This document shows positions 47,579 to 57,800 of a stretch of DNA of 64,000 nucleotides, piece by piece. The position numbers were made by a program, and so were the translations under genes. The notes under the pieces were generated by a model. That model searched no databases. It was not told where the DNA came from and saw only the letters and a program-made list of their open reading frames with translations. The DNA is from Gemmatimonadota bacterium (lineage in GTDB: Bacteria; ARS69). How positions within the stretch are numbered: the stretch's first letter is position 1; each line of letters starts with the position of its first letter. The stretch is taken from NCBI GenBank assembly GCA_030747075.1, contig JASLLL010000013.1, forward strand, positions 628-64,627. Direction: 5' to 3'.

Positions 47579-49398
47579 CCTGCGTGGCGCGGCAGTCTGT
47601 GCTGCGGACTTGCGGAGGCCTCTCCCTCCTGGTGCTGTCGGTGTTCCTCGCAGGATGTGGCACGCGCGCGCCGGTGGTGCCCGTCGACCCTGTTCCCCGG
47701 ACTCCGAAGCCTGTCCCCGCCTCGACGACTCCCGAATACCCCCCGGCTGTTCGTGCGGCCCTGCGCCTGTCTGATCCGGGGAGTACGGTTGCGGTTTCGC
47801 GGCAATACCGGGACACCCATCCGGGGTCGGCTTTCGAGGTTCGCCTGATGCTGTTAGAGGCGGGCACTTTGGCGCAGATGGGAAGATTCCCCGAAGCGAA
47901 GCTGGCGTTTTCGCAGGTAGCGAGCGCACCTTCGGGTCGAACCGCTCGGGCAGAAGCGTGGGAGGGGGTCGCTCTTTGTGAGGCGGCGGAGGGGCACCCC
48001 GCTGAAGCGGCACGATCCTGGATGCTTGCGTGGGATGAGTCTTCCGGGGAAGGCCGGAAGAAGCGGCACACGGATCTGGTGTCTGCGCTGTCCAGAGTCC
48101 CGTTGCCGGAGTTGCGGGGCCTTTCGCGCGAGAGCGGGGCCGGGAACTCCCGGGAGCTGGTTCTGGCGGAACTGCGGCAGCGCGGAGATCTGGACCATGG
48201 GGCGTCCGTCACCGTCCTGGCACCTCTCAGCGGCCGCCTTGCGGAGTTCGGTGCGGACTTTGTTCTCGGCGCTCGCCTGGCTCTGGAGGACGGCGCGGGC
48301 GGCGATTCCCTTCCGCCTCGTCTTGTGGTGCGAGATACGGGAGGCAGCCTCCCCGTAGCCCTGTCGGCTGCGCGCGCAGCCATCAGGGAAGACCGGAGCG
48401 TCGCGATCATCGGGCCGCTTCTCAGCAGCAGCGCCCACGGGGTGGGTGCCATGGCTGCGGCCTGGGACATTCCCGTTCTGGCACCACTGGCGGGAGATCC
48501 GCGCCTCTCGATGGACGGTTCCGGCGTCTTCACGCTGGCCCCCCCCGCGTCAGCTCTGGCGTCTCCTCTGGCCGAAGCGGCGGTTCATGTGCTGGGCTAC
48601 CATCGCCTGGGGGTCCTTCTGCCGGAGGGAGAGGATTGGGCCGCATTCGAAGAGGCCTTTCGTCTCACCGCAGAGAGCCTGGGGGCGCAAGTGCTTCTCT
48701 CGCTGGTATACGACCCGTCGGAAACGGACTTCCGAAACCCGATTGATCGACTGGAAGCGGAGAGCGTCGAGGCCGTCTACTTCCCCGGGGGGGTGGCGGA
48801 ACTTGAGAAACTCGTGCCGCAGCTGGGCTTCTACGATTTCACCCCGCGGGTTTTCGGCAACGGCCCCTGGCTGGATCCGCGGGTTCTGGACTCCGGGAAC
48901 TCGGCGCTGCAGGGAGCGGTGTTTGCTGCCGAACGCGCGGAACTCCCCGAGTCGGACTTTCGCATGAGGCTGTCGCGTGCCGTCCACGCCCGGTCTCACG
49001 GAGAGGTGACGCGCTTCCATGTGGGCGGCTATCGGGCCATGGCGGATCTCCTGACAGCGTGCGCGATGGGGACCGAATCCAGGCGAGCGCTGTCTCTTGC
49101 CCTGAAGCTCCGGAATCTCTGGGAGTCACCCCCGGACGCGGCCGTCGTGGAGACCGTGACCTTCCGGGATGGGGTGTTCGGCCCCGTCGAATGGGCAGCC
49201 CGATTCAATCTTCCCCCGGAGCCGGACCCGGAGCCGCCACCGCAGGCAAAGCCGGTTCCGGAGGAGGGGGAGGACACGGACGAAGTGGGCGCGGAAGGGA
49301 CGGTCGACGGGGTGGAAGATGCCGGGGAAGCCGAGGAAGAGGTCGAGGAGCCCCCCACGAAGGTCTCCCGCAACCCGGCGTCTCTCTGGCGCGAGTGA
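47569..49398 (+). CDS. LpoA/LppC-like lipoprotein (TPR-like region + type I periplasmic binding protein fold)
   Basis: Lipobox LAGC, helical repeats, VLAPLSG...G..LA, VRDT, IIGPL, ETDF; acidic Pro-rich tail. Confidence 0.7.
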   Translation: MVLACVARQSVLRTCGGLSLLVLSVFLAGCGTRAPVVPVDPVPRTPKPVPASTTPEYPPAVRAALRLSDPGSTVAVSRQYRDTHPGSAFEVRLMLLEAGTLAQMGRFPEAKLAFSQVASAPSGRTARAEAWEGVALCEAAEGHPAEAARSWMLAWDESSGEGRKKRHTDLVSALSRVPLPELRGLSRESGAGNSRELVLAELRQRGDLDHGASVTVLAPLSGRLAEFGADFVLGARLALEDGAGGDSLPPRLVVRDTGGSLPVALSAARAAIREDRSVAIIGPLLSSSAHGVGAMAAAWDIPVLAPLAGDPRLSMDGSGVFTLAPPASALASPLAEAAVHVLGYHRLGVLLPEGEDWAAFEEAFRLTAESLGAQVLLSLVYDPSETDFRNPIDRLEAESVEAVYFPGGVAELEKLVPQLGFYDFTPRVFGNGPWLDPRVLDSGNSALQGAVFAAERAELPESDFRMRLSRAVHARSHGEVTRFHVGGYRAMADLLTACAMGTESRRALSLALKLRNLWESPPDAAVVETVTFRDGVFGPVEWAARFNLPPEPDPEPPPQAKPVPEEGEDTDEVGAEGTVDGVEDAGEAEEEVEEPPTKVSRNPASLWRE

Positions 49399-49485
49399 TC
49401 GTGCCTGCCCGCCGGTCTTCGTCTTTTCGCTCGACATCCCGGCCGGGTGCCTGATACGACCTTCCCCCCAAAGGAGGGAGTTTTG

Positions 49486-50841
49486 ATGGATCGCCGCCCG
49501 GTATCTTCAGGTTCCCGCGGACGCTGGGGCAGTCGCCTGGGGTTCATCCTTGCCGCTGCCGGAAGCGCCGTCGGGCTGGGGAACATCTGGAAGTTCCCCT
49601 ACATCACCGGAGAGTACGGGGGCGGGGCGTTTGTCCTCGTCTACCTCCTGTGCATCATGGTGGTCGGGCTGCCGCTCATGTACTCGGAGCTGATCATCGG
49701 GCGCCGTGGAGGCAAGGATGTGCTGGGTGCCATCCGGGGACTGACCGCACATCAGGGGCCGGCCGGGATGGCGGCAAGCTGGTTTGTGGGGATTCTCGCG
49801 GTAGGGTCGGGTTTCCTCATCCTGTCGTTCTACTCGGTCGTGGCCGGATGGGCGTTCCACTTTCTTGGCGTGTCGGTGAAGCTCATCCCCGCTCATGTCG
49901 ATGGAGCTGGAGCGACCTTCGATGCACTCACCGCAAACCCTGTCATGTCAACCATTTGGCACACTCTCTTCATGGGCTTGGTCATCGCCGTGGTGGCTCG
50001 TGGAGTGCATGACGGGATCGAATCGGCCTGCAAGCGATTGATGCCCGCACTCATTGGCATTCTGGTGCTCCTCCTGATCTATGTGGGGTTCCGGGGCGGG
50101 CTGGCGGAGTCGGCCGCGTTTCTCTTCCGTCCGGACTTCGGGAAGCTGAGTCCGGAGGCTGTGCTGGAAGCTCTGGGGCACGCGTTCTTCACCCTCTCGC
50201 TCGGGATGGGCGCGATGGTGACCTACGGATCCTACCTGGGCAGCGAACGCAATGTCGTCCGGGACGGGCTGGCCGTCGCTATCCTCGACACCGCGATCGC
50301 CCTCCTGGCCGGCCTCGTGATTTTCGCGGTGGTTTTTCAGGCAAACGGAGAACCGGGAACAGGGCCGGGGCTGGTCTTCGTCACGCTTCCCGGGCTCTTT
50401 CTCGATATGCCGCTGGGCACCTTCTTCGGGATCGCCTTTTTCGTGCTGCTCATTTTCGCGGCGTGGTCCTCGGCGATTTCGCTTCTGGAGGTGGTCGTAG
50501 CCTACCTCACCGACGAACACGGATTCGCCCGGCCCCGTGCCACCTGGATCATCGGTGGGCTCATCTGGGCGGTGGGGGTGGCGTCGGCGGTCTGGATGCC
50601 GGTTCTCGATTTCCTCGACGATCTGACGACGCGCTACATGCTCCCTCTCGGCGGGCTGGGGATCGCGATCGCGGCGGGGTGGCTGCTCCGTCGAGAGGAT
50701 CGCGAGTCCGGACTGCTCGCTCTCGGCGGCGCTGGCCGGGGGCTTGCCGCAGTGTGGACTTTCCTCATCCGGTTTGTGACTCCGGTTCTGGTTCTTCTCG
50801 TGATCCTGTTCAAGATGGGCGCGCTTCCGTTCGGCAAATGA
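49486..50841 (+). CDS. Neurotransmitter:sodium symporter (NSS/SNF) family transporter
   Basis: RWGSRLGFILAAAGSAVGLGNIWKFPY, GGGAF, FYSVVAGW, HAFFTLSLGMG, GPGLVF, SSAISLLE. Confidence 0.95.
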   Translation: MDRRPVSSGSRGRWGSRLGFILAAAGSAVGLGNIWKFPYITGEYGGGAFVLVYLLCIMVVGLPLMYSELIIGRRGGKDVLGAIRGLTAHQGPAGMAASWFVGILAVGSGFLILSFYSVVAGWAFHFLGVSVKLIPAHVDGAGATFDALTANPVMSTIWHTLFMGLVIAVVARGVHDGIESACKRLMPALIGILVLLLIYVGFRGGLAESAAFLFRPDFGKLSPEAVLEALGHAFFTLSLGMGAMVTYGSYLGSERNVVRDGLAVAILDTAIALLAGLVIFAVVFQANGEPGTGPGLVFVTLPGLFLDMPLGTFFGIAFFVLLIFAAWSSAISLLEVVVAYLTDEHGFARPRATWIIGGLIWAVGVASAVWMPVLDFLDDLTTRYMLPLGGLGIAIAAGWLLRREDRESGLLALGGAGRGLAAVWTFLIRFVTPVLVLLVILFKMGALPFGK

Positions 50842-51956
50842 GCGACTTCCACCGATGGGCCACAGCCCTGCTTCTGCTGGCTGCCTCGGGGTGCGCGCGA
50901 GAGGCCCCGGACCCGGATCCGCTTCCCGTGCTGGGCGCGGTCCTGCCGCTGTCGGGGCCCTACGCGGACGCCGGAACGGAAGTGCTGGCTGGATTGCGCA
51001 TGGCGGCGGCTTCTCCTGGCCAGCTTGCTTTTGAGTTGCGCGTTGCTGACGGGCTGGGCACTCCCACCGGGACGCTGGCCGCGCTCCAGTTGCTGGCGGC
51101 GGACTCCTCGGTGGTCGGTATCGTCGGGGGGTGGATTGCCGCAAACGGGCGCATACTGAGCGCGGCGCCGCTGGAGAACCCGCCGGTCCGCCTTCTGCTC
51201 TCTCCGCTGGCGTTCACGGGACCCTCCTCCGGCGGCGATGGCGTCTTTGCCCTCCATCGGATTGAGTCGCTGGGCGTCGCGGCCGCAGGGTTCGCCCGGG
51301 AGGATCTGGGTGCGTCGCTGGCCGGGATCGTCGGGTCGGACGCCAGCGAGGCGTCGCGTCTCTTGCGTGCGGGGTTCGCTCACGAGTTTGAAGGCGAAGG
51401 CGGGCGGATTCTGTGGACCCTCTCGCCGGACCCCTCCGGGCGAGTGGCTCCGCCTCCGTCGGGAGGGGAACGCCCGGATGTGGTGTTCGTTGCCGGGCCG
51501 TCCGACTGGGCCGGGAGCGTGCCCATTCCCCGGGGAAGGCGTGAGAGTCCCCCTGCGTTTCTCTTCCCGGAGGGGTGGAATCTCGATGCGGCAGCCTCCC
51601 TGGGGGAGAAGGGGGCCGCGGCGTATCGCGTGTCCTTCTTCAGCGACACGGGGACTTCTCCGGGGTGCCGCCGGCTTCGGGAGGAATGCACGCTGGCGGG
51701 AGTGCGCCTGACCCCGGCGCTGGCCGCCGGGTGGGATGCGGCACGGCTTCTCTCGCTGGGTATGGCGCGGGGAGGGGCAAGCCGGAGTGGCCTTGCCGGA
51801 GCGCTTCCTTTTGTGGAAGGGCACGACGGCGCTTCCGGACCGGTCCCGGTGTCGCGAAGCGGAACTCTCCGGGAGGCGCCGGCGGTTTCCTCTCTCGGGG
51901 GAGGAGGTCCGGTGTTCCTCCGACGGGTCGAGGCCATTCTTCCCGCAGAGGACTGA
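50838..51956 (+). CDS. Branched-chain amino-acid binding protein-like lipoprotein (type I PBP), degenerate
   Basis: Lipobox ASGC, LGAVLPLSGPYADAG, VVGIVG, FAHEFEGEGG, AAGWDAA, GASG; ATG overlaps the NSS stop. Confidence 0.7.
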   Translation: MSDFHRWATALLLLAASGCAREAPDPDPLPVLGAVLPLSGPYADAGTEVLAGLRMAAASPGQLAFELRVADGLGTPTGTLAALQLLAADSSVVGIVGGWIAANGRILSAAPLENPPVRLLLSPLAFTGPSSGGDGVFALHRIESLGVAAAGFAREDLGASLAGIVGSDASEASRLLRAGFAHEFEGEGGRILWTLSPDPSGRVAPPPSGGERPDVVFVAGPSDWAGSVPIPRGRRESPPAFLFPEGWNLDAAASLGEKGAAAYRVSFFSDTGTSPGCRRLREECTLAGVRLTPALAAGWDAARLLSLGMARGGASRSGLAGALPFVEGHDGASGPVPVSRSGTLREAPAVSSLGGGGPVFLRRVEAILPAED

Positions 51957-52114
51957 TCGCCCCATCCCGCGCGGGCAGCGGCTTTCGGGATCCGCTTGAC
52001 TCCACGCGGGGTGCGTCGCACCATGCTCACCGCGGACGGTCGCAACCCGGGAGGCCGCCATCCGCACCCTCTGGCCGACGCACGCCGACTCCCTTCGGGT
52101 GGGCCCTCACCGCC

Positions 52115-53509
52115 ATGAAGTGCCACCGCAATGCTCTTCGCCGGATTCCCTCGGTTGATCGGGTGCTTGGTGCTCCCGTTCTCCACGACCTTCTTCGGGA
52201 TGAACCGCGTCCTCTCGTCCTTCGATTCGTGCGAGCTCATCTGGAGGGTCTTCGCGCACGGATTCTGAGCGGCGACATGGAACCCACTCCATCGCCCGAA
52301 GAGGTGGCTGCGGATATCGCGCGGCGTGTCCGGGAGCGTCCTCGCGGTCTTGCCCGTGTGTTGAACGCCACGGGAGTGGTCCTCCACACCAACCTGGGTC
52401 GTGCGCGTCTGGCGCCGGAAGCGGTGGAGGCCGTTCTGGAGGCGGCGGGAGGCGCGTGCGATCTGGAGTTCGATCTCGAGACCGGCCGGAGGTCCCGGCG
52501 GGGTGTGCATGTGGAAGAACGCCTGGTCGAAGTCTCCGGGTTCGAATCCGCCCTGGTGGTGAACAACAACGCGGGCGGTCTCGTTCTGGCTCTGAACGAA
52601 CTGTCCCAGGGGCGCGAGGCCATTGTCTCCCGGGGAGAGCTCGTTGAGATTGGCGGGTCGTTCCGGATTCCGGATGTGATGGCACGAACGGGTGCCAGGC
52701 TGGTGGAAGTGGGGACCACGAACCGCACCCACCTTGCGGATTACGAACAGGCGATCGGTCCGGACACGGCGGTTCTCGTCAAGGTGCATCGGTCGAACTT
52801 CCGGCAGGAGGGATTCGTCTCCGAACCGACGCTCGCGGAACTGGTGGAAGTGGGTCGGCATCGGGGGGTTCCCGTTCTCCACGATCTGGGGAGCGGACTT
52901 CTCCGCGCCATTGCCGGGGCCGAATCGGAGCCCACGCTGGCCGAGAGTCTTGCCGCCGGAGTGGACCTGGTGGCCATGTCGGGGGACAAACTGCTTGGGG
53001 GTCCACAAGCCGGGATTCTCCTGGGCAGGCGTGAACTTGTGGACCGGCTCCGGGGGAACCCGCTGGCCCGCGCTCTTCGCGTGGACAAGATGACGCTCGC
53101 AGCGCTTGCGGCGACGCTGGATCTGCTGGAAGATGGCGACCGGGCGGTGGAGCGCGTGCCCACACTGCGCTCGCTGGTGGCGACCCCGGCGGAACTGGAG
53201 TCTCGGGCTTCGTGGATCGCGGAGGGGCTCTCGGCCATTCCGGGCATGACGGTCCGCACGATGCCCGGTCTCGGAGAGGTCGGCGGAGGCGCAGTTCCGG
53301 CAAGGGGACTGCCGACCACCATGGTCGGGTTGTCGCTGCAAGGGATGTCGGCGCGGAATCTGGCGGAGGAACTTCGTCGGATGCCGCTTCCTGTGGTTGC
53401 GCGGATCGTGGATGAAGAGGTGCTCCTCGATCCACGCAGTCTGGATCCGGGTGAGGATGCGGAGTGTGTTCGGGCCATTGCGGAATGGTCTGAACGCCGG
53501 GGAGGATGA
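52115..53509 (+). CDS. selA: L-seryl-tRNA(Sec) selenium transferase
   Basis: LRRIPSVD, VLNATGVVLHTNLGRA, VNNNA, SRGELVEIGGSFRIPDVM, EVGTTNRT, DLGSG, SGDKLLGGPQAG, RALRVDK. Confidence 0.96.
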   Translation: MKCHRNALRRIPSVDRVLGAPVLHDLLRDEPRPLVLRFVRAHLEGLRARILSGDMEPTPSPEEVAADIARRVRERPRGLARVLNATGVVLHTNLGRARLAPEAVEAVLEAAGGACDLEFDLETGRRSRRGVHVEERLVEVSGFESALVVNNNAGGLVLALNELSQGREAIVSRGELVEIGGSFRIPDVMARTGARLVEVGTTNRTHLADYEQAIGPDTAVLVKVHRSNFRQEGFVSEPTLAELVEVGRHRGVPVLHDLGSGLLRAIAGAESEPTLAESLAAGVDLVAMSGDKLLGGPQAGILLGRRELVDRLRGNPLARALRVDKMTLAALAATLDLLEDGDRAVERVPTLRSLVATPAELESRASWIAEGLSAIPGMTVRTMPGLGEVGGGAVPARGLPTTMVGLSLQGMSARNLAEELRRMPLPVVARIVDEEVLLDPRSLDPGEDAECVRAIAEWSERRGG

Positions 53510-53516
53510 GGGGATC

Positions 53517-54812
53517 ATGACCACTTGGACGGGCTTTCGTTCACCCGAAGCGGCTTCCGAGGATTTGGGAGTGCCCCTTCTGGGAGTGCTCGCGTCACCG
53601 GAGGCCCAGGGCACGCACCACCCCGTCCGACCTCCCGCCACAGACGACATCCCTGCGTTTCGCCAGGTGGCTCGTGCGGTGGCGGCGCTTCTGCATGCCC
53701 GACCGGGCCCGGTCTGTCTTGTCGGGGATATGCCCCCCGCCGCGCGAAGTGCGGTCTCTTCAGGGATCGCGTGGGCATTGGCCGAATCCGCTCCGGTGGT
53801 GCTGGTGGATGCAGATATTCGGTCGGCCTGTCTGGCGTTTGATGATCAGGGGCGCGCGCAGGAAGGGCTGGTGGATGTGCTCCGCTACGGTGTTCGGTCC
53901 CCTCGTGTTGTCGCTCCGACGGAAGTCCCGGGCGTTCATTTGCTTCCCGCGGGATCGGGCACGGTGGATGTGGAGGGAACCTACCGATCCGAGTCCGTTG
54001 CCTCGCTCTTCGAAGATCTGGGGAGTGGTGGAGATCTCGTACTGGTGCACGGACCGGATGCTGCGGACATGATCTCAGCGAAACGGTTCTTTTCCAGCAT
54101 TCCGACCGTGCTTCTCCTCCACGAGTTCGGATACTCGGAAGCGGAGCGAACGCGGTCCGTCGCCACGACCGTGGGCGCGGAGCGTTGCGCGGGACTGATC
54201 ACGATCGGGGAGTCCGGGGCTGATGAGGAAGTGCACGCCACCGACCCGGCGGACGAACCGATCGTCGAGCAGGGGCCGACGGCCTATCCGGGCGCAGACT
54301 CCGGGAGAGTGGCGGACCTCGTGGACGAGTTCGCGTCCGGGCAAACGGACGGAACTCCTTCCACCGACGCGCGAAGCCATGCCCGGACCTTCCTTTGGCT
54401 GGCGGGAGCCGCCCTTGCGGCAACGCTGTTGATCCTGCTGCCGAAGTGGAGCGGGCGCTTCGCCGAGCCGCCCGCCGAGGCGCCCCCGGTCGCCGGGACG
54501 CCGCCTGCCGAGCCGCCGGTGGTGGGGCCTCGCTTTGGCGTTCATGTGACATCATTCCGCTCGCCGGAACTGGCCGCTCACGAGGTTTCGCTCCTTGTGG
54601 GCGCAGGAGTGCCTGCCGTCCATCGTCGGGTGGATGTGCCGGGACAGGGAAGCTGGTTTCGCGTATTTGCGGGACCGTGCGATACGCGCGAGGAGGCGAA
54701 CCGCCTTCTTGCCCACATCCGTGAACAGGACATTCGGGGTTTCGCTCAGGTCCGGATCCTCCCCCCCGGGGAATCCGCGGACGGGTCGGGCGGGGGATGG
54801 GAGAATCGATGA
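53517..54812 (+). CDS. Degenerate CpsD/Wzc-like (BY-kinase/ParA-MinD fold) domain + TM + SPOR domain
   Basis: LGVPLLGVL, VVLVDADIR, GLVDVL, HLLPAG; TM FLWLAGAALAATLLILLP; FGVHVTSFRS...A, GSWFRVFAGP..TREEA. Confidence 0.72.
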   Translation: MTTWTGFRSPEAASEDLGVPLLGVLASPEAQGTHHPVRPPATDDIPAFRQVARAVAALLHARPGPVCLVGDMPPAARSAVSSGIAWALAESAPVVLVDADIRSACLAFDDQGRAQEGLVDVLRYGVRSPRVVAPTEVPGVHLLPAGSGTVDVEGTYRSESVASLFEDLGSGGDLVLVHGPDAADMISAKRFFSSIPTVLLLHEFGYSEAERTRSVATTVGAERCAGLITIGESGADEEVHATDPADEPIVEQGPTAYPGADSGRVADLVDEFASGQTDGTPSTDARSHARTFLWLAGAALAATLLILLPKWSGRFAEPPAEAPPVAGTPPAEPPVVGPRFGVHVTSFRSPELAAHEVSLLVGAGVPAVHRRVDVPGQGSWFRVFAGPCDTREEANRLLAHIREQDIRGFAQVRILPPGESADGSGGGWENR

Positions 54813-57800
54813 ATCTCAAGAAGATTGAGCTGTTCGGGTTCAAGTCTTTCATGCGGAAGCTGGACTTCCACTTCAGCGACGGGATCACCGTCATCGTGGG
54901 TCCGAACGGGTGTGGCAAGACGAATGTCACGGATGCACTGCGATGGGTTCTCGGCGAGACGAACGCACGCATGTTGCGCGGGAGCCGGATGGAGGATCTC
55001 ATCTTCAACGGCGCGGGCGCATACAAGCCGTTGAATGTTGCGGAGGTCAGCCTTTCGATCGACAACTCCTCGGGCATTCTCCCCACGGAGTACACGGAAG
55101 TCACCGTGACTCGTCGTGTTCTGCGCAACGGCGAGTCCGAGTTTCTCCTGAACAAGATTCCCTGTCGCCTGAAGGACATCACCGAACTCCTCATGGACAC
55201 GGGGCTGGGCAGCAGGGCGTACTCCATCATCGAGCGGGACATGGTCGAGATGGTCCTGTCGGATCAGCCGGAGAAGCGACGCGAGCTTCTGGAAGAGGCG
55301 GCCGGAATCAGCAAGTACAAGACCCGCGAAAGGCAGGCCCGGCGAAAGCTGGAAGCCACCGACGAAGACCTCCAGCGAATCACCGACATCCTTGCCGAAG
55401 TGGAGCGTCAGGTGCGCTCCCTGAAGCGGCAGGTGGGCGCGGCTCGCCGGTATCAGGAAGTACGGGATCGGCTGAAGGGGCTGGAAGTGTCGCTGGCCGC
55501 GTGTGATCTCTCGTCCATTCACAAGGAGAGGGCTTCGCTGGACGAGGGGGTTGCGGAACATCGTACGGAGCGTGACGGCGCGCAGGCCCGGATTGCGGCC
55601 ATGGAGGCGTCGATTGAGGAACTGCGCCTGAAGTCCGCGGACGCGGAGACGCGGCTGTCAGGAATCCAGTCGGAGGTGGACGAACTGGCGGAGGCCGCCC
55701 GGGACGCGGAGTCGAACAACCGCGTGCGGAAGGAGCGTCGCGATGCCTTCTCCGGATCGGCACGACGCCTCGCCTCCGAGAAGGAGGATCTGACGCGCAG
55801 CATTCAGGACGGAACGGAACGGGCGGAGGAACTCCACAGCGAGAGGGAGCAGCGCTCCACGGATCTGGAGGGGTTGGAGGGGGAACTGAAAGAAGCCCGG
55901 GAGTCTCTGGATCGGGTGGAGTCAGACCTGGGTGAGAGGCGCTCGGCGCTGGAGTCCGCACGCGAAGCTTCAGCGGGGGCTGCGAAAACGCTTTCGGATC
56001 ATGTATCAGAACTTTCCGGGATGGTGGCGCACGGGGCGCACCTCGCGGACCGTGATGCGGCGTTGTCGGCGGAGGCGGACTCGCTGCGGCGCGCGTTGGA
56101 AGCCCGGCGGGAGGACGCCCGTTCGGAGGCGGACCGATCGGAGCAGTCGCGCACGGAGTGGGAGCGTCTGGAGGAGCGTGCGGCCGAATGCCGTCGGCGG
56201 ATGGAAACGCTCGAGGAGAAGCGGGAGAACATCCGCGAAGAGGAGAGTGCGCATTCGCTGGAAGCTCAGGCGGCGCAGTCCGCGTTGGAGATGCTTCGGG
56301 GTCTGCACGAGAGTTTTGAAGGATACGGCAAGGGTGCGCAGTCGCTGCTGGCGAATGGCGGGAGTGAGCGTCTCACCGCGCTTGCTGACTCACTTCGCGT
56401 CCCGCGCGAAGACCTGATCCCCGCGATCGATTCCGCTCTGGAGTCGGCCGCCCATTGCCTGGTCGCCCCGGATTCCGGGGCCGCCGTGGAAGCGGTTCGC
56501 TCGTTGAAGGCGGGCGGCGGTCGCGCGACGCTGCTCGACCTGGAGGCGTTCCGGTCGTCAGGCAACGGAGCCACGCTGCCGGAGGTGGCGGATTCGTCCG
56601 TAGTAGGCCCGGCGCGATCGTTTCTGGAAGTCAGCGACGAGTTCACGCCGGTGCTGGATGCGCTCCTTGCGAGCGCGGTCATCGTGGAGACGCTGGAGGA
56701 CGCCGTGCGTCTCTCGAATGTCCCCGCGTATGCGGGATTGCGGTTCATCGCCCGCGACGGAGACTGGGCTTCGGCGCCTGGCGTCATCCATGGCGGAAGT
56801 GGCGAACACTCCCCGGGTTCGAGTGTGCTGGGCAGGGCGGGTCGTATCGAGAATCTGGAAGGACTCGTGACGAGCGCGGGGGAGAAGCGGGAAGACGCGC
56901 GCCGTCGCGCAGAAGAACTCGCGTCCGAGCGGGATCGCGTTCGGACGGAGATCGAGGAAGCGGACCGTCTTCGGGAAGCAGCACGTCAGGCGGCTTCCGA
57001 AGCGGGAACGGCGGTCGAGCGTCTCGGTGCTTCGATTGAGGCGGCGGAAACGCGCGACACCGCGATCCGTGCAGAGCGCGACGAACTCGCGAAGCGGGAG
57101 GACGGTCTCTCCCGGGAGCGGGAGAAGTGTGAGCGGATCGTGGAAGAGGCTCGCGCCCAAGAGAAGAGACTGGGCGACGAACAGGCTCTTCGAGAGTCGG
57201 AACTGGTCGCGTCCACGGAGGACCGGGACGGCGTGCGCGATCGAGTCCACGGCTGCGAAGTTGCACGAACGAGAGTCGCCGGGGAACGGGAGAAGCTGGA
57301 ACTGGAGATCGCGCGAATCGAAGAGAGCCGTCGAAGCGACGAAGCGGGGATCAAACGGCGTGACGAGGAGATCGGTTCCATTGATCGCTCCGTGGGAGAG
57401 CTGGACCGGAAGATGGACGAGGGGCGTGCCGTCCATGCGGAGCGATCGCGTGAACTGGACGGGCGACGGCATGTGCGCGACGACATCGCCCGGGGGCGCA
57501 CCGGCGTGTTGGAAGAACTGCGGCAGCATGAAGAAGAACGAAACCGATGGATGCGTCTTCGGGATGACGCCACCGAAGGAGTCCATCAGTCGGAGATGGC
57601 ACTCACCGGGCTCACCTCGCGGGAGTCCGAACTGGTGGAGCGAATCCGCAGGGAGTTCGAGACGGACCTTACCCTTCCCGATGCCATCGCGGTCCACGGA
57701 GATCTGGTGCGGGCACCGGAAGAGGAACAGGAGTCTGCCCGAACGGAGATGGAAGAGCTTCGCACGCAGATTCGTCGGATGGGCGGGGTCAACCTCGTGG

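Noticed and set aside
51957-52114. tRNA-Sec (selC) next to selA
   Set aside because: No TCA anticodon arm, T-loop or CCA end; no cloverleaf.
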